A stretch of DNA of 61,959 nucleotides from Acidimicrobiia bacterium (GCA_021296415.1 JAGWAL010000013.1:12158-74116), one strand, 5' to 3'; counted from the stretch's first letter, positions 1-10,163 are shown. The notes: generated from the sequence alone by a model not told the origin. Program-made: numbers and translations.

Positions 1-746
1 TCGATGTCACCGGAGGCCAGGATCGCCGCCAACTGCCCCGCCGTCACCTCCGACAGGACGCTCTCGGAGACAGCCACGTCGGCGAGCAGACCCGCCACGT
101 CGGTCAACACGACGAGGCGCTCGGCTCCCAGCGCGGCGGAGAGAGCGCCCGCCACGGTGTCGGAGTTGATGTTGTACGGCTGCGCGGCGTCGTCCGCCCC
201 GATCGTGGAGACGACGGGGATGTAGCCCAGCTCCTGGAGGTTCCGGACGATGCCCGGATCCACCGCCGCCACCTCGCCGACGTAGCCGAGTGCCGGATCG
301 CGCGGGGCGGCGCGGATCAGGCCGGCATCCTCACCGGACACACCCACGGCCAGAGGGGCGCTCGCATTGATGGCCGAGACGATGTCGCGGTTGACCTTGC
401 CGACCAGCACCATGCGCACGATGTCGAGGGTCTCGGCATCGGTCACGCGGCGCCCGGCCACGAAGGCCGGCTCCTTGCCGAGCCGGCCCATCAGGTCGTC
501 GATCTGGGGCCCGCCGCCGTGGACGATCACGGGGCGGATCCCCACGGAGTGCATGAGCACGACATCACCGGCGATGGCGCGTGCGGCCTCCGGGTCGCTC
601 AGCGGCACGCCACCGAACTTGATCACGACGGTGCGCCCGGCGAAGCGTTGGATGTAGGGCAGCGCCTGGGTGAGCACCTCGGCGGTGACCTGGGGCGCCG
701 CGGGGTGCCCGGGCGCGCCGGTTGGGGAAGGCGAGTGCGGGCTCAT
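1..746 (-). CDS. argB: acetylglutamate kinase (3' end lies outside the window)
   Basis: Own minus-strand translation from ATG at 746 gives MSPHSPS...PYIQRFAGRTVVIKFGG...PVIVHGGGPQI...YNINSDTVAG. It is absent from the ORF track because no stop falls in the window. The ATG shares one nucleotide with the argJ stop. Confidence 0.85.
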   Translation of the reverse strand, partial: MSPHSPSPTGAPGHPAAPQVTAEVLTQALPYIQRFAGRTVVIKFGGVPLSDPEAARAIAGDVVLMHSVGIRPVIVHGGGPQIDDLMGRLGKEPAFVAGRRVTDAETLDIVRMVLVGKVNRDIVSAINASAPLAVGVSGEDAGLIRAAPRDPALGYVGEVAAVDPGIVRNLQELGYIPVVSTIGADDAAQPYNINSDTVAGALSAALGAERLVVLTDVAGLLADVAVSESVLSEVTAGQLAAILASGDI

Positions 747-1909
747 CAGCTCGTCCGGGAGTTCTCGTCGATGTAGGCGTGGGAGAGGTCGACGGTGATG
801 ATCTCGGCCCGCCCGTGGCCCAGGCCCAGGTCCACGTTCAGGTGGAGGCGGCGGCGGCGCATGTACGCCCCGACGGCCTCGGCGTCGGGTTGCTGCGGGC
901 GCCCGTCGGCGTACACCACGTGGTCGCCGTAGGCGATGCGGAGGCGCTCGGGGTCGAACGCCACGCCGGCGGCGCCGAACTCGCTGGCGATGCGCCCCCA
1001 GTACGGGTCCTCGCCGAACCACGAGCACTTGACGAGCTGGCAGTTGGCGCAGTCCCTGGCGGCTTTGGCGGCCTCGGCGTCGCTGGCAGCCCCGGTTACC
1101 CGCAGGAGCACGGTCTTGGTGGAACCCTCCGCATCGTCGGCCATCTGGAGCGCCAGATCACCGCACGCCTCGGCGACCGCCGCGGCGAGTGCGTCGCGGG
1201 GCACCGCACCGGCACGGCCGTTGGCCAGCAGCAGCACGGTGTCGTTCGTCGACTCGGCACCGTCGACGGTGAGGCGGTTGAAGCTGGTCGCCACGCCGCT
1301 GCGCAGGACGTCCTGCAACTCAGCGGGCTCGGCGGCGGCGTCGGTGGTCACAACGGCCAGCATCGTGGCCATGTTGGGCTCGAGCATCGCCGCGCCCTTG
1401 GCGATGCCGCCGACGGTGAAGCCGCCGCCGTCCACCACGACCTCCTTGGCAACGGTGTCGGTGGTCATCATGGCTCTGGCCGCCTCGCTGCCACCTCCCG
1501 GGTGCCGCGCCGCCACGACCCGGGGAATCCCGGCGGCGATCACCTCCATCGGCAGCTCGAAGCCGATGAGACCCGTGGAGCACACGAGAACGTGATCGCT
1601 GCTGCAGCCGAGAGCGGCCGCGGTGAGACCGCACATTCGCTCTGCGTCGGCGAGGCCCTGCCGCCCGGTGGCGGCGTTGGCGTTGCCGCTGTTGAGTATC
1701 ACCGCGGCGGCGAGACCGCCGGAACGCTCGAGGTGGCCGCGCGTGACCAAGACCGGGGCGGCGGTCATCTTGTTCGACGTGAAGGTACCGGCCGCGGCCA
1801 CCGGGGCGGCGTCGGCCGTGGCCACCACGGACATGTCGGGGGCGCCCGACGGCTTGATCCCCGCGGTGATGCCGGCGGCGACGAAGCCCTCCACGGCGGT
1901 GACGCTCAC
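746..1909 (-). CDS. argJ: bifunctional ornithine acetyltransferase / N-acetylglutamate synthase
   Basis: Lower part of ORF 746..2587, from GTG at 1909 (VSVTAVEGFVAAG...ATMLAVVTTDA...). GTGA overlap with the argC stop. Lies in arg operon context. Confidence 0.9.
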   Translation of the reverse strand: MSVTAVEGFVAAGITAGIKPSGAPDMSVVATADAAPVAAAGTFTSNKMTAAPVLVTRGHLERSGGLAAAVILNSGNANAATGRQGLADAERMCGLTAAALGCSSDHVLVCSTGLIGFELPMEVIAAGIPRVVAARHPGGGSEAARAMMTTDTVAKEVVVDGGGFTVGGIAKGAAMLEPNMATMLAVVTTDAAAEPAELQDVLRSGVATSFNRLTVDGAESTNDTVLLLANGRAGAVPRDALAAAVAEACGDLALQMADDAEGSTKTVLLRVTGAASDAEAAKAARDCANCQLVKCSWFGEDPYWGRIASEFGAAGVAFDPERLRIAYGDHVVYADGRPQQPDAEAVGAYMRRRRLHLNVDLGLGHGRAEIITVDLSHAYIDENSRTS

Positions 1910-2928
1910 GGGTACACCCCCACGGTGCTGAGGCCGGCGGTCTCGTCCAGACCGCAGAGAGCGTTGGCGCACTGCACCGCCTGCCCGGACGCGCCCTTGC
2001 CGAGATTGTCGAGGGCGCAGAGCGCCATGACCCAGCCGGTGCGGGCGTCGTGACGTGCGGTGAGGTGGGCACTGTTTGACCCGAGTGTGGCCTTGGTGGA
2101 GGGAGATCGCTCGCTCACGGTCACGAAGGGCTCGCCGGCGTAGGCCTTCCGGTAGATCGCCAGGAGATCGTCTGTGTCGCAGGCACCGGTCGGGCGGGCG
2201 TAGCAGGTGGCGAGGATGCCCCTGTTCATGGGTGCGAGATGGGGAGTGAACAGCACCTCGGCACCACTGGCCTGCTGGATCTCGGGCGTGTGGCGGTGGT
2301 CCAGCAGGCCGTAGGCCGTGAAGTCCTCGTCCACGGCGCAGAAGCTGGTGTGGGGCTTCGCCGGGCGCCCGGCGCCGGAGACCCCGCTGGCGGCGTCCAC
2401 GATCACGCCGGACGGCTCGATCGCGCCGGCGTCGACCAGCGGAGCCAGTGCCAAGGCGGCCGCTGTGGGATAGCAGCCGGGCGCGGCAACGGCGGCGGCG
2501 CCGGCGAAGGTCTCGCGATAGATCTCGGGCAGCCCGAAGGCGAAGCTCGCCATTTGGTCGGGAGCCTCGTGGGGCGCGCCGTACCACTGCTCGTAGACGG
2601 CGGCGTCGTTCAGCCTGAAGTCGGCCGCCAAGTCCACGATCTTTGCCCCGGTGCCCGCAGCGACGAGGCGGGGGACGATCCGCTGCGACGCCCCGTGCGG
2701 CAGTGCGAGGAACACCACCTCCGCGCCGGCGACGGCGTCGACGTCGTAGCTGCTGAAGATCAGCTCGGGATAGGCGGAACCGAGGTGGGGATAGAGGTCG
2801 CCGACCGCCACACCGGCCTGCGTGTCACCGGTCGCCACGACAACCGACATCGCCGGATGCGCGCCGACGATGCGCAGCAGTTCCGCGCCGGTGTAGCCCG
2901 ACGCCCCAACGATCGCCACCGAGAGCAT
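1906..2928 (-). CDS. argC: N-acetyl-gamma-glutamyl-phosphate reductase
   Basis: ORF 1906..2928, MLSVAIVGASGYTGAELLRIV..., with a GCYPT active-site Cys region. Adjacent to argJ and argB. Confidence 0.92.
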   Translation of the reverse strand: MLSVAIVGASGYTGAELLRIVGAHPAMSVVVATGDTQAGVAVGDLYPHLGSAYPELIFSSYDVDAVAGAEVVFLALPHGASQRIVPRLVAAGTGAKIVDLAADFRLNDAAVYEQWYGAPHEAPDQMASFAFGLPEIYRETFAGAAAVAAPGCYPTAAALALAPLVDAGAIEPSGVIVDAASGVSGAGRPAKPHTSFCAVDEDFTAYGLLDHRHTPEIQQASGAEVLFTPHLAPMNRGILATCYARPTGACDTDDLLAIYRKAYAGEPFVTVSERSPSTKATLGSNSAHLTARHDARTGWVMALCALDNLGKGASGQAVQCANALCGLDETAGLSTVGVYP

Positions 2929-3006
2929 CCCAAGAATATACAGGATTCCGTATCAATATGCAAACTTGTCACCGGGGCCTGCGGAGTCGACGACCGCGCT
3001 GCCCCG

Positions 3007-5394
3007 TCACTCGCGAAGCGTGGCTCCTGCGGTGGTGGCGGCGGTGATGCAGGCGGCGCGTATCTCGCCGACCTCGGCGTCTGTGAGCGTGCGGTCGGCG
3101 GACTGCAGGCGCAGGCGCCAGGCCACGCTGCGGCGGTCCGGGCCGAGACGCTCGGCGTCGCGGAAGACGTCGAACAGGTGCAGCGAGACGAGGGTGTCGC
3201 CCGCGGCCCGGCGCAGCGCGGTCCCGACGGCCGCGGCGGGCACGGCGTCGCCGAGGACGAACGCCAGATCCACATCGCTGGAGGGATAGCGGCTGGGGGG
3301 GCGATAGCCGGGGCTGTCGACGTGCGATTCCAGGAGCCGGGCAAGGTCGCACTCCAGCCAGGCCACCCGCTCGCCGATCCCGAATGCCTCGGCGACCGCC
3401 GGGTCGATCTCACCGAGGACGCCGACCATCTCGCCGCCGGCGACGAGCACGGCCGAACGGGTGGGATGCAGGCCGGCCGTGGCCTCGTTGCGAACGTCGG
3501 TCGGGACGAACGGAATGGCTCGCCGCAGGCGCTCCCAGAGAGCCGCCGCGGCGGGAGCCTCGCGCCCGGCCAGGGCGACCGCCACGTGGTCCCCCTCGTC
3601 GGGCAGTTCGCCGTCGCCGGGCCAATGGACGTGGCCGATCTCGAAGAGCGCCACGCCCGGCTGGCGGCGGGCGGCGTTGTAGGCCACGGACTTCAGCAGG
3701 CCCGGCCGCAGCGAGGTGCGCATCACCGACTCCTCGGCAACCAGCGGGTTGGTCACCGTGATGCCGTCGGGCGGAAGACCGCAGCGCTCCAGGTCACCGG
3801 GGGCCAGGAAGGGCAGCGGCATGGCCTCCATGAGCCCGAAGCCCGCCAGCGCCTCGTGCACGCGGCGTCGGGCACGCTGGCGGTCGGTCAGACCGCCGGG
3901 GTGCGGCGACTTCGAGACCGTCCGAGCGATGCGGCTGTAACTCCACAGCCGGCCGACCTCTTCGATCACGTCGATCTCCGTGGACGAGTCGGGGCGCCAC
4001 GACGGCACGGTCACGTCCCAGACCTCGCCGGGGTAGCTGCGGGGGGAGGCCGCGGTTGGTTCGGCTCGGGCCGGGACGATCTCGAACCCGATGGGCTCCA
4101 GGCAGGCGCGCATCTCGCCGGCCGTCAGAGCGGTGCCGAGGAGGGCGTTCACCCGGCCCGTGCGCACCCGCACCGGCCGGCGCGACGGCACGTCCCCGTG
4201 TGCCTGCACCAGCTCGGGCGCCAGGGTCACTCCCCCGGCGGCGGCCAACTCCGCGAAGCGCTCCAGTGCCCAGGGGGCGATCTCGGGATCCACACCGGCC
4301 TCGAAGCGGGCGGAGGCCTCGCTGCGGAGGCCCAGGCGGCGGGACGTGCGGGCGATGTCGGGAGGATTCCACCAAGCGGCCTCCAGCAGCACCACCTCGG
4401 TCTCCGCGGAGATCTCCGTCGAGGCGCCGCCCATCACGCCGGCGATGCCGATGGCCACGTCGGAGGCGTCGGCGATCACGCCGTCGCCCGCGCTGAGGGT
4501 TCGACGGACGCCGTCGAGCGTCTCGACCTGTTCGCCATCGTCCGCCCGACGCACCCGCAGCAGCCCGTCGGGCACCAGCGCGGCGTCGAAGGCGTGCGAG
4601 GGCTGGCCGATCTCCAGCATGACGTAGTTGGAGATGTCCACCACGAAGTTGATCGGGCGCATCCCCAGCGCCAGCAGGCGCCGGGCAAGGCGCGGCGGCG
4701 TGCGGGCCCCCGGGGCGTTCCGCAGCAGGCGCACGCTGAAGCGCCCGCACAGGTCGGGCGCCAGGATCTCGACGGAGGCCGACTCCCCCGCCGGAGCCCC
4801 GGAGGTCTCGACGCGCACCTCGGGCAGCTCGAACGGGACGCCACGGCGGGCGGCCAGGTCGCGGGCCACGCCCACGACCGACAGGGCGTCGGGACGGTTG
4901 GGGTTGACCTCCAGGTCGAACAGCACGTCACCGGCCACGCCCAGGGCCGCGGTCAGATCGTCGCCCGGTTCCAGATCGGCCGGCAGGATCATGATGCCTT
5001 CGGCGTCGGAGCCCATGTCCAGCTCGGCGGCCGAGCACAGCATCCCCTCCGAGAGCCGACCGCGCATCTTCCGCCGGCGGATCTCCAAACCGCCGGGCAT
5101 CGTGGTACCCACGGTGGCGAGGGGCACCAGATCGCCGACGGACATGTTGAACGCCCCGCAGCAGACCTGCCGCGGCTCGCCGTCGCCGGCGTCGACGTCC
5201 ACGAGTTGGATGCGGTCGGCGTCGGGATGGGGTCGCAGCCCGGCGACGCGGGCCACGACGATGCCGGCCGGCGCCTCGGCGAACGTGACCATGTCCTCGA
5301 CCGCCAGGCCCAGGTCCGACAGCTCCTCGGCGATGCCCTCCGGGGGTCCCTCGACCGGCGCGAACTCGCGCAGCCAGGACAGCAGCACCTTCAT
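3007..5394 (-). CDS. pheT: phenylalanine--tRNA ligase beta subunit
   Basis: Part of ORF 3007..6858 starting at MKVLLSWLREFAP (ATG 5394). The ATG overlaps the pheS stop. Length about 795 aa. Confidence 0.93.
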   Translation of the reverse strand: MKVLLSWLREFAPVEGPPEGIAEELSDLGLAVEDMVTFAEAPAGIVVARVAGLRPHPDADRIQLVDVDAGDGEPRQVCCGAFNMSVGDLVPLATVGTTMPGGLEIRRRKMRGRLSEGMLCSAAELDMGSDAEGIMILPADLEPGDDLTAALGVAGDVLFDLEVNPNRPDALSVVGVARDLAARRGVPFELPEVRVETSGAPAGESASVEILAPDLCGRFSVRLLRNAPGARTPPRLARRLLALGMRPINFVVDISNYVMLEIGQPSHAFDAALVPDGLLRVRRADDGEQVETLDGVRRTLSAGDGVIADASDVAIGIAGVMGGASTEISAETEVVLLEAAWWNPPDIARTSRRLGLRSEASARFEAGVDPEIAPWALERFAELAAAGGVTLAPELVQAHGDVPSRRPVRVRTGRVNALLGTALTAGEMRACLEPIGFEIVPARAEPTAASPRSYPGEVWDVTVPSWRPDSSTEIDVIEEVGRLWSYSRIARTVSKSPHPGGLTDRQRARRRVHEALAGFGLMEAMPLPFLAPGDLERCGLPPDGITVTNPLVAEESVMRTSLRPGLLKSVAYNAARRQPGVALFEIGHVHWPGDGELPDEGDHVAVALAGREAPAAAALWERLRRAIPFVPTDVRNEATAGLHPTRSAVLVAGGEMVGVLGEIDPAVAEAFGIGERVAWLECDLARLLESHVDSPGYRPPSRYPSSDVDLAFVLGDAVPAAAVGTALRRAAGDTLVSLHLFDVFRDAERLGPDRRSVAWRLRLQSADRTLTDAEVGEIRAACITAATTAGATLRE

Positions 5395-6422
5395 CAGAAC
5401 TGCTCCAGGAAGCTCACGTCGTTGGTCCAGAGGTCCCGCAGGTCGTCGATGCCGTAGCGGAGCATGGCGAGGCGGTCGATGCCGAACCCGAAGGCGAACC
5501 CGCTCCAGCGCTCCGGATCCACGCCGCAGACCTCCAGGACCGACGGGTGCACCATGCCCGAACCTCCCAGCTCGAGCCAGGTGCCGTCGGGGCGCTGCAC
5601 GTCGAACTCGGCGGAGGGCTCGGTGAACGGGAAGTAGGACGGGCGCAGGCGGGAGGTGAACCCGGGACCGAAGTAGGCCGTGGTGAAGGTCTCGATGGCG
5701 CCGGCCAGGTCGCCCAGCGTGATGCCCTCGTCGACCACGAGCCCTTCTATCTGGTGGAAGACCGGCATGTGGGTGGCGTCGGCGGTGTCCTGGCGGTAGC
5801 AGCGGCCCGGCGCCACCACGTACAGCGGCGGGGGCCGGGTCTGCATGACCCGCACCTGCACCGGCGAGGTGTGGGTGCGCAGCAGCGTGCTGCCCGGACT
5901 GCCGTGGTCGACGTAGAGGGTGTCGTACATGTCGCGCGCCGGATGCCCGGGCGGGAAGTTGAGCGCCCCGAAGTTGTGCCACTCCGTCTCGATCTCGGGG
6001 CCCTCCGCCACGGTGTAGCCCATGGCACAGAAGACGTCCTCGAGGCGCCGCTGCGTCTGCGTGATGACGTGCAGCCGGCCCACCGGCGGGGGCTCGTGCA
6101 GCTCGGTGAGGTCGAGGCGCTCGGCCTCCAGTTGCGCGCGGCGCTCCGCTGCCCGCAACTCGTCCAGACGTTCGGTGTAGCGCGCCTCCACGGCGGCGAG
6201 CGCCTCGCTGAGGGCTCGCCCAGCCGCCGGGCGCGCCGCGGGCGCCAACGACCCGAGGCGCCGCCGCAGGCCGGACAGCGGGGAACCCTTGCCGAGCAGT
6301 TCGGGGCGGACCGCCGCGAGGGCGGCGACATCGGCGGCGTCGGCGATGGCGGCGAGCGCCGCCTCGGTGCATGACCGGGCATCTGCAGCGAGAGCGACGG
6401 CGTCGGGTACTCCGGCACTCAT
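5394..6422 (-). CDS. pheS: phenylalanine--tRNA ligase alpha subunit
   Basis: ORF 5394..6557. Likely start is MSAGVPDAV at 6422, with an ATGA overlap onto the upstream gene. Class II motifs FPPGHPARDM and FTEPSAEFDV are present. Confidence 0.92.
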   Translation of the reverse strand: MSAGVPDAVALAADARSCTEAALAAIADAADVAALAAVRPELLGKGSPLSGLRRRLGSLAPAARPAAGRALSEALAAVEARYTERLDELRAAERRAQLEAERLDLTELHEPPPVGRLHVITQTQRRLEDVFCAMGYTVAEGPEIETEWHNFGALNFPPGHPARDMYDTLYVDHGSPGSTLLRTHTSPVQVRVMQTRPPPLYVVAPGRCYRQDTADATHMPVFHQIEGLVVDEGITLGDLAGAIETFTTAYFGPGFTSRLRPSYFPFTEPSAEFDVQRPDGTWLELGGSGMVHPSVLEVCGVDPERWSGFAFGFGIDRLAMLRYGIDDLRDLWTNDVSFLEQF

Positions 6423-7246
6423 GGGGCCGCGTCCGCTCCGGCGGGGTCGTGGCGGCGACGGCGCTGCACCTCGAAGCACAGCACGGCCGCGGCCGCGCCG
6501 ACGTTGAGCGACTCGGCCTGGCCGCCGAGGGGGACGTGCACCCACTCGTCGATGCATCCGGACAGCGAATCGGGAAGGCCGTGCGACTCGCTGCCGACCA
6601 CCAGCGCCAGCGGCTCGCGCAGGTCAGCCCGGTCGTACGGCAGGCCGCGTCCCGCCGCGGCGCCCAAGGTGCGCAGGCCACGTCCATGCAGACCCGCCAG
6701 GACGACGGCCGGATCGTCCACCAGCGCCGGCGGCAGGCGGAAGATCGAACCGGCGGAGGCGCGCACCGCCTTGGGGCCGTAGGGATCGGCGCCCGACCCG
6801 GCGAAGACCACGCCGTCGGCGCCGGCGGCCTCGGCGCAGCGCAGCAACGTGCCGGCATTGCCGGGGTCGGCGACCGAGACGGCGACCAGCACGAACGAGG
6901 CCAGGGCCGGCGGTCCGGCGGTCTCGGGGCGCTCCGCCAGGGCCAAGAGGGGCTGCGGCGTCACCGAGGCCCCCACCCTGACGAGCGTTCCCTCCTCCAA
7001 CTCGACCAGGTCGGCGCCGGCGCGGGCCAACTCATCGCCGAGGCGGCGGACCTGCTCGTCGGCCCGCGCCGTCTCGACGTAGACCTCGCGGATGCGCAGC
7101 CCCGCGGCGGCCGCCTCGGCGCCGAGCGTCGCACCCTCGACGATGAAGACGCCCTCGTGGCGGCGGGCGGCGGCGGAGCGGGCCAAGCGGCGCAACCCGG
7201 CGAGGCGGGGTCGCGGCATCGTCAACAGCACCACGTCCCGGCCCAC
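6419..7246 (-). CDS. TrmH/SpoU-family RNA 2'-O-methyltransferase
   Basis: ORF 6419..7246 with SpoU motifs (ADPGNAGTLLR, LVVGSESHGL, ESLNVGAAAAV). Occupies the position between rplT and pheS seen in other actinobacteria. Confidence 0.8.
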   Translation of the reverse strand: MGRDVVLLTMPRPRLAGLRRLARSAAARRHEGVFIVEGATLGAEAAAAGLRIREVYVETARADEQVRRLGDELARAGADLVELEEGTLVRVGASVTPQPLLALAERPETAGPPALASFVLVAVSVADPGNAGTLLRCAEAAGADGVVFAGSGADPYGPKAVRASAGSIFRLPPALVDDPAVVLAGLHGRGLRTLGAAAGRGLPYDRADLREPLALVVGSESHGLPDSLSGCIDEWVHVPLGGQAESLNVGAAAAVLCFEVQRRRRHDPAGADAAP

Positions 7247-7264
7247 CGACGCAGGGGCGCGGCG

Positions 7265-7642
7265 TCAGGTCCCGACGGCCAGATCGCTGGTCCGGGCGTC
7301 GTCCGCCAGCTTCACGAGCGCGGCGAAGGAATCGGGATCGTTGACCGCCATGTCGGCGAGAGCCTTGCGATCCACCTCCACGCCGGCGGCGCGGAGTCCT
7401 GCCATGAACGTGCTGTACGTGGAGCCGTGCCGGCGGCACCCGGCGTTGATCCGCTGGATCCAGAGCCGCCGCATCTCCCCCTTGCGGGCCCGGCGATCCC
7501 GGAAGGCGTACTGGCCGGAGTGCAGCAACTGCTCGTTGGCCCCTCGCCAGGTGCGGCTCTTGTTGCCGTAGTAGCCCTTCGCCCGCGCCAGGGTGGTCTT
7601 GCGCCGCTTGCGCGCCTGGGCGGATCGTCTCGCTCTGGCCAT
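7265..7642 (-). CDS. rplT: 50S ribosomal protein L20
   Basis: ORF 7265..7642, [26 protein letters not shown]... Confidence 0.95.
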   Translation of the reverse strand: MARARRSAQARKRRKTTLARAKGYYGNKSRTWRGANEQLLHSGQYAFRDRRARKGEMRRLWIQRINAGCRRHGSTYSTFMAGLRAAGVEVDRKALADMAVNDPDSFAALVKLADDARTSDLAVGT

Positions 7643-7672
7643 GTGCTGTGACCTCCCGACTTCCCGGCGCCG

Positions 7673-7867
7673 TCAGATGCCGAGCTGGCGACGCACCGAC
7701 GGTGTGTCGGCGCTGCTCACCGCTCCGTCGCGGCGCAACTGGCGCTTGCGCTTGGGGGCCTTCTTCTCGAGGATGTGGTTCTTGTAGGCGTGGCGCCGGG
7801 CGATCTTGCCGGAGCCGGTCACCTTGAAGCGTTTGGCGGCGCCCCGGCGGGTCTTCATCTTGGGCAT
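7673..7867 (-). CDS. rpmI: 50S ribosomal protein L35
   Basis: ORF 7673..7867, [22 protein letters not shown]... Confidence 0.95.
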   Translation of the reverse strand: MPKMKTRRGAAKRFKVTGSGKIARRHAYKNHILEKKAPKRKRQLRRDGAVSSADTPSVRRQLGI

Positions 7868-7957
7868 GGGTCTTCTTCTCCGGATTCGATTCCTGGCGCT
7901 CGTACCGAGACGCTCTCAAGGCTCGGGGCAGGCGAGGCCGATCACAACCCCGACGGG

Positions 7958-8016
7958 TGGCCGAGTGCAACTGGCCCAAGTTCAACCGGCCCAAGTTCAA
8001 CTGGCCCAGGTGCAAC
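7958..8016. repeat. about four tandem 15-bp units (TGGCCCAAGTTCAAC-like) in the infC-rpmI spacer
   Basis: Read directly: tggccgagtgcaac / tggcccaagttcaac / cggcccaagttcaac / tggcccaggtgcaac. A degenerate fifth unit follows. Confidence 0.85.
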
Positions 8017-8057
8017 CGGCGCAGTCGGTTCCCGCCGCCGGCGGCGGCCGCTGCGGG

Positions 8058-8600
8058 TCAGCGGTCGCGTGTGCGCCGGTCGGGCGCCAGGACCATCACC
8101 AGGTTGCGGCCGTCCTGGCGGGGCGGGGCTTCGATCCGGGCCAGGTCACCGGTCACCTCGGACACCTCATCGAGGATCCGCTGGCCCAGTTCCGGATGCA
8201 GCGTCTCGCGGCCACGGAACATGACCGTGATCTTCACCCTGTTGCCCTGGGTCAGGAAGTCCCGGACCTTGCGGGTCTTCGTCTCGAAGTCGCCGCGCCC
8301 GATCTTGGGCCGGTACTTCATCTCCTTGACGACGACCTGCGTGCTCTTCTTGCGCGACTCCCGGGCCCGCTGCGCCGCGTCGTACTTGTACTTGCCGTAG
8401 TCCATGATCCGGCAGACGGGTGGCTCGGCCTTGTCGGCCACCTCCACGAGGTCCAATCCGTGTGCCTGCGCGATCGAGAGAGCCTCAGGGAGCGGGCGGA
8501 TCCCGATCTGGGTTCCGTCGGGACCCACCAGACGGACCCGCGACGCTTGGATGTTCTCGTTGACGAGCGGCTCGGAACCTGCCGACGCAGCTATGGCCAA
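8058..8600 (-). CDS. infC: translation initiation factor IF-3
   Basis: ORF 8058..8600, ...NENIQASRVRLVGPDGTQIG...VVKEMKYRPKIG... The start codon is TTG, not ATG (plus strand reads caa at 8598-8600). Confidence 0.92.
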   Translation of the reverse strand: MAIAASAGSEPLVNENIQASRVRLVGPDGTQIGIRPLPEALSIAQAHGLDLVEVADKAEPPVCRIMDYGKYKYDAAQRARESRKKSTQVVVKEMKYRPKIGRGDFETKTRKVRDFLTQGNRVKITVMFRGRETLHPELGQRILDEVSEVTGDLARIEAPPRQDGRNLVMVLAPDRRTRDR

Positions 8601-8827
8601 TCACTCAGCAATCGTGACTTCCCCTCTCTCGGTTCACCGGTGTCGCCGACACGGCACGACGGTTCGGCGTGACGGCAAGCATAGGCCCAGAGCACCTCGC
8701 CCACCGAAGGCGGCGGGCGGGGCTGCGGTGAGACCGACCGGAGCGAATCCGGTTCGGCCCCTCTGGGCGGGGCATAGAGTACCAGGAAGCGCCGGAGAAT
8801 CGAAGAAAACGACTGCGAGGAGCCACC

Positions 8828-9259
8828 ATGACACTCTGGACCCCGGGTGGTGAACACCACGTGCCCAGAGACCCGCAGCCGGAGAGCGAGACCCCGGCAG
8901 CGGACGGTGATGCCGGTGCTCCGGTCGACGAGGAACAGTTCGACCTCGAGGACCTCAGCCCCGAGGACCGCGAGCGAGCCGAAGCCATGCTGGCCGAACT
9001 GGCCGCAGCGAGGGAGCGGCTCGCCGCCGCCCCGCCCGAGGTCGTCGTGGCCAACCACGCCATGGGCCTGTACGAGTTGGGCGCCATCCACCTCACGGCC
9101 GAGCCGCCCCGCACCGAAGCCGCGCGCCTGGCGATCGATGCGATGGGGGCGCTGGTCGAGGGACTGGGCGGTCGGCTCGGCGAATCCGAGCCGACCCTGC
9201 GCGAGGCCCTGCAGAGCCTCCGCATGGCCTACGTGCAGCAGTCGTCGGGCGGCGGCTGA
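8828..9259 (+). CDS. DUF1844-like conserved hypothetical protein
   Basis: ORF 8828..9259. An acidic N-terminus is followed by ...VVVANHAMGLYELGAIHL...AIDAMGALVEGL...LRMAYVQ, which I recognise as the DUF1844 pattern often found next to infC in actinobacteria. Confidence 0.55.
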   Translation: MTLWTPGGEHHVPRDPQPESETPAADGDAGAPVDEEQFDLEDLSPEDRERAEAMLAELAAARERLAAAPPEVVVANHAMGLYELGAIHLTAEPPRTEAARLAIDAMGALVEGLGGRLGESEPTLREALQSLRMAYVQQSSGGG

Positions 9260-9287
9260 GCAACCCGGCGCCGGTAGCGTGGGCGCG

Positions 9288-10163
9288 ATGTTGCGCCTGG
9301 TCCTGCCGAAGGGATCGCTCGAGGGGGCCACCCTGGAGTTGTTCGCCGACGCCGACCTGAACGTCCGGCGGGTGTCCAAGATCGACTACCGGGCGACCGT
9401 CGACGACCCGCGCGTCGACGACGTGCGCATCCTCCGCCCCCAGGAGATCCCCCGCTATCTCAGCGAGGGCATCTTCGATCTGGGCATCAGCGGGCGGGAC
9501 TGGGTCACCGAGAGCGGTGCGGAGGTCACCTCGCTGTGCCGGCTGGGGTACTCCAAGACCACCGACCGTCCGGTGCGCATCGTCGTGGCGGTAGCCGCCG
9601 ACTCGCCGTACGAGAGCGCCGCCGACATGCCCGACGGCGTCCGCGTCTCGACCGAGTATCCCAACCTCACCAGCCGTTTCTTCGCCGAGCAGGGCATCGA
9701 GGCCGACGTGCAGCTGTCCTACGGGGCCACCGAGGCCAAGGTGCCCGAGATCGTGGACTGCGTCGTGGAACTGACCGAGACCGGTGGCGCCCTGCGCGCC
9801 GCCGGCTTGCGGATCATCGACACCGTGCTGGTGTCGCACACCGAGTTGCTCGCCAACCCGGCGGCTCACGCCGACCCCGAGCGCCGTCACGCCATGGGGC
9901 AGATCGCCACGCTGCTGACCGGCGTGTTGGAGGCGCGGGGCCACGTGCTGGTGAAGATGAACGTGGCGGCGGCCGCGCTGACGTCGGTGATCGACCTGCT
10001 GCCCTCGATGAAGGCTCCGACCGTGAACGAGCTCTACCGCGGCCAGGGCTTCGCCGTGGAGACGGTCGTGCCCAAGGCGGTCATCAACACCCTCATCCCT
10101 GCGCTTCGCGACGCCGGCGCCAGCGACATCCTGGAACTCCCGCTCGCCAAGATCGTCCACTGA
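9288..10163 (+). CDS. hisG: ATP phosphoribosyltransferase, long form
   Basis: In-frame ATG at 9288 within ORF 8847..10163: MLRLVLPKGSLEG...DLGISGRDW...ELTETGGALRAAGL... About 291 aa, including the C-terminal regulatory domain. Confidence 0.9.
   Translation: MLRLVLPKGSLEGATLELFADADLNVRRVSKIDYRATVDDPRVDDVRILRPQEIPRYLSEGIFDLGISGRDWVTESGAEVTSLCRLGYSKTTDRPVRIVVAVAADSPYESAADMPDGVRVSTEYPNLTSRFFAEQGIEADVQLSYGATEAKVPEIVDCVVELTETGGALRAAGLRIIDTVLVSHTELLANPAAHADPERRHAMGQIATLLTGVLEARGHVLVKMNVAAAALTSVIDLLPSMKAPTVNELYRGQGFAVETVVPKAVINTLIPALRDAGASDILELPLAKIVH

Noticed and set aside
2239-5457. Very long ORFs antisense to, or out of frame with, recognised genes. Examples are 2239..5457(+), 20165..21895(-), 21127..23487(-), 23601..25538(-), 35331..37097(-), 48060..50417(+) and 54492..57227(-).
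   Set aside because: Their translations are Arg/Pro/Gly/Ala-rich and low in complexity, as expected for shadow frames in DNA of about 70 % G+C. Each overlaps a gene with clear family motifs on the other strand or frame.
8598-8600. TTG start of infC as an anomaly.
   Set aside because: Non-AUG initiation of infC is the well-known basis of IF-3 autoregulation in many bacteria, so this is expected rather than unusual.
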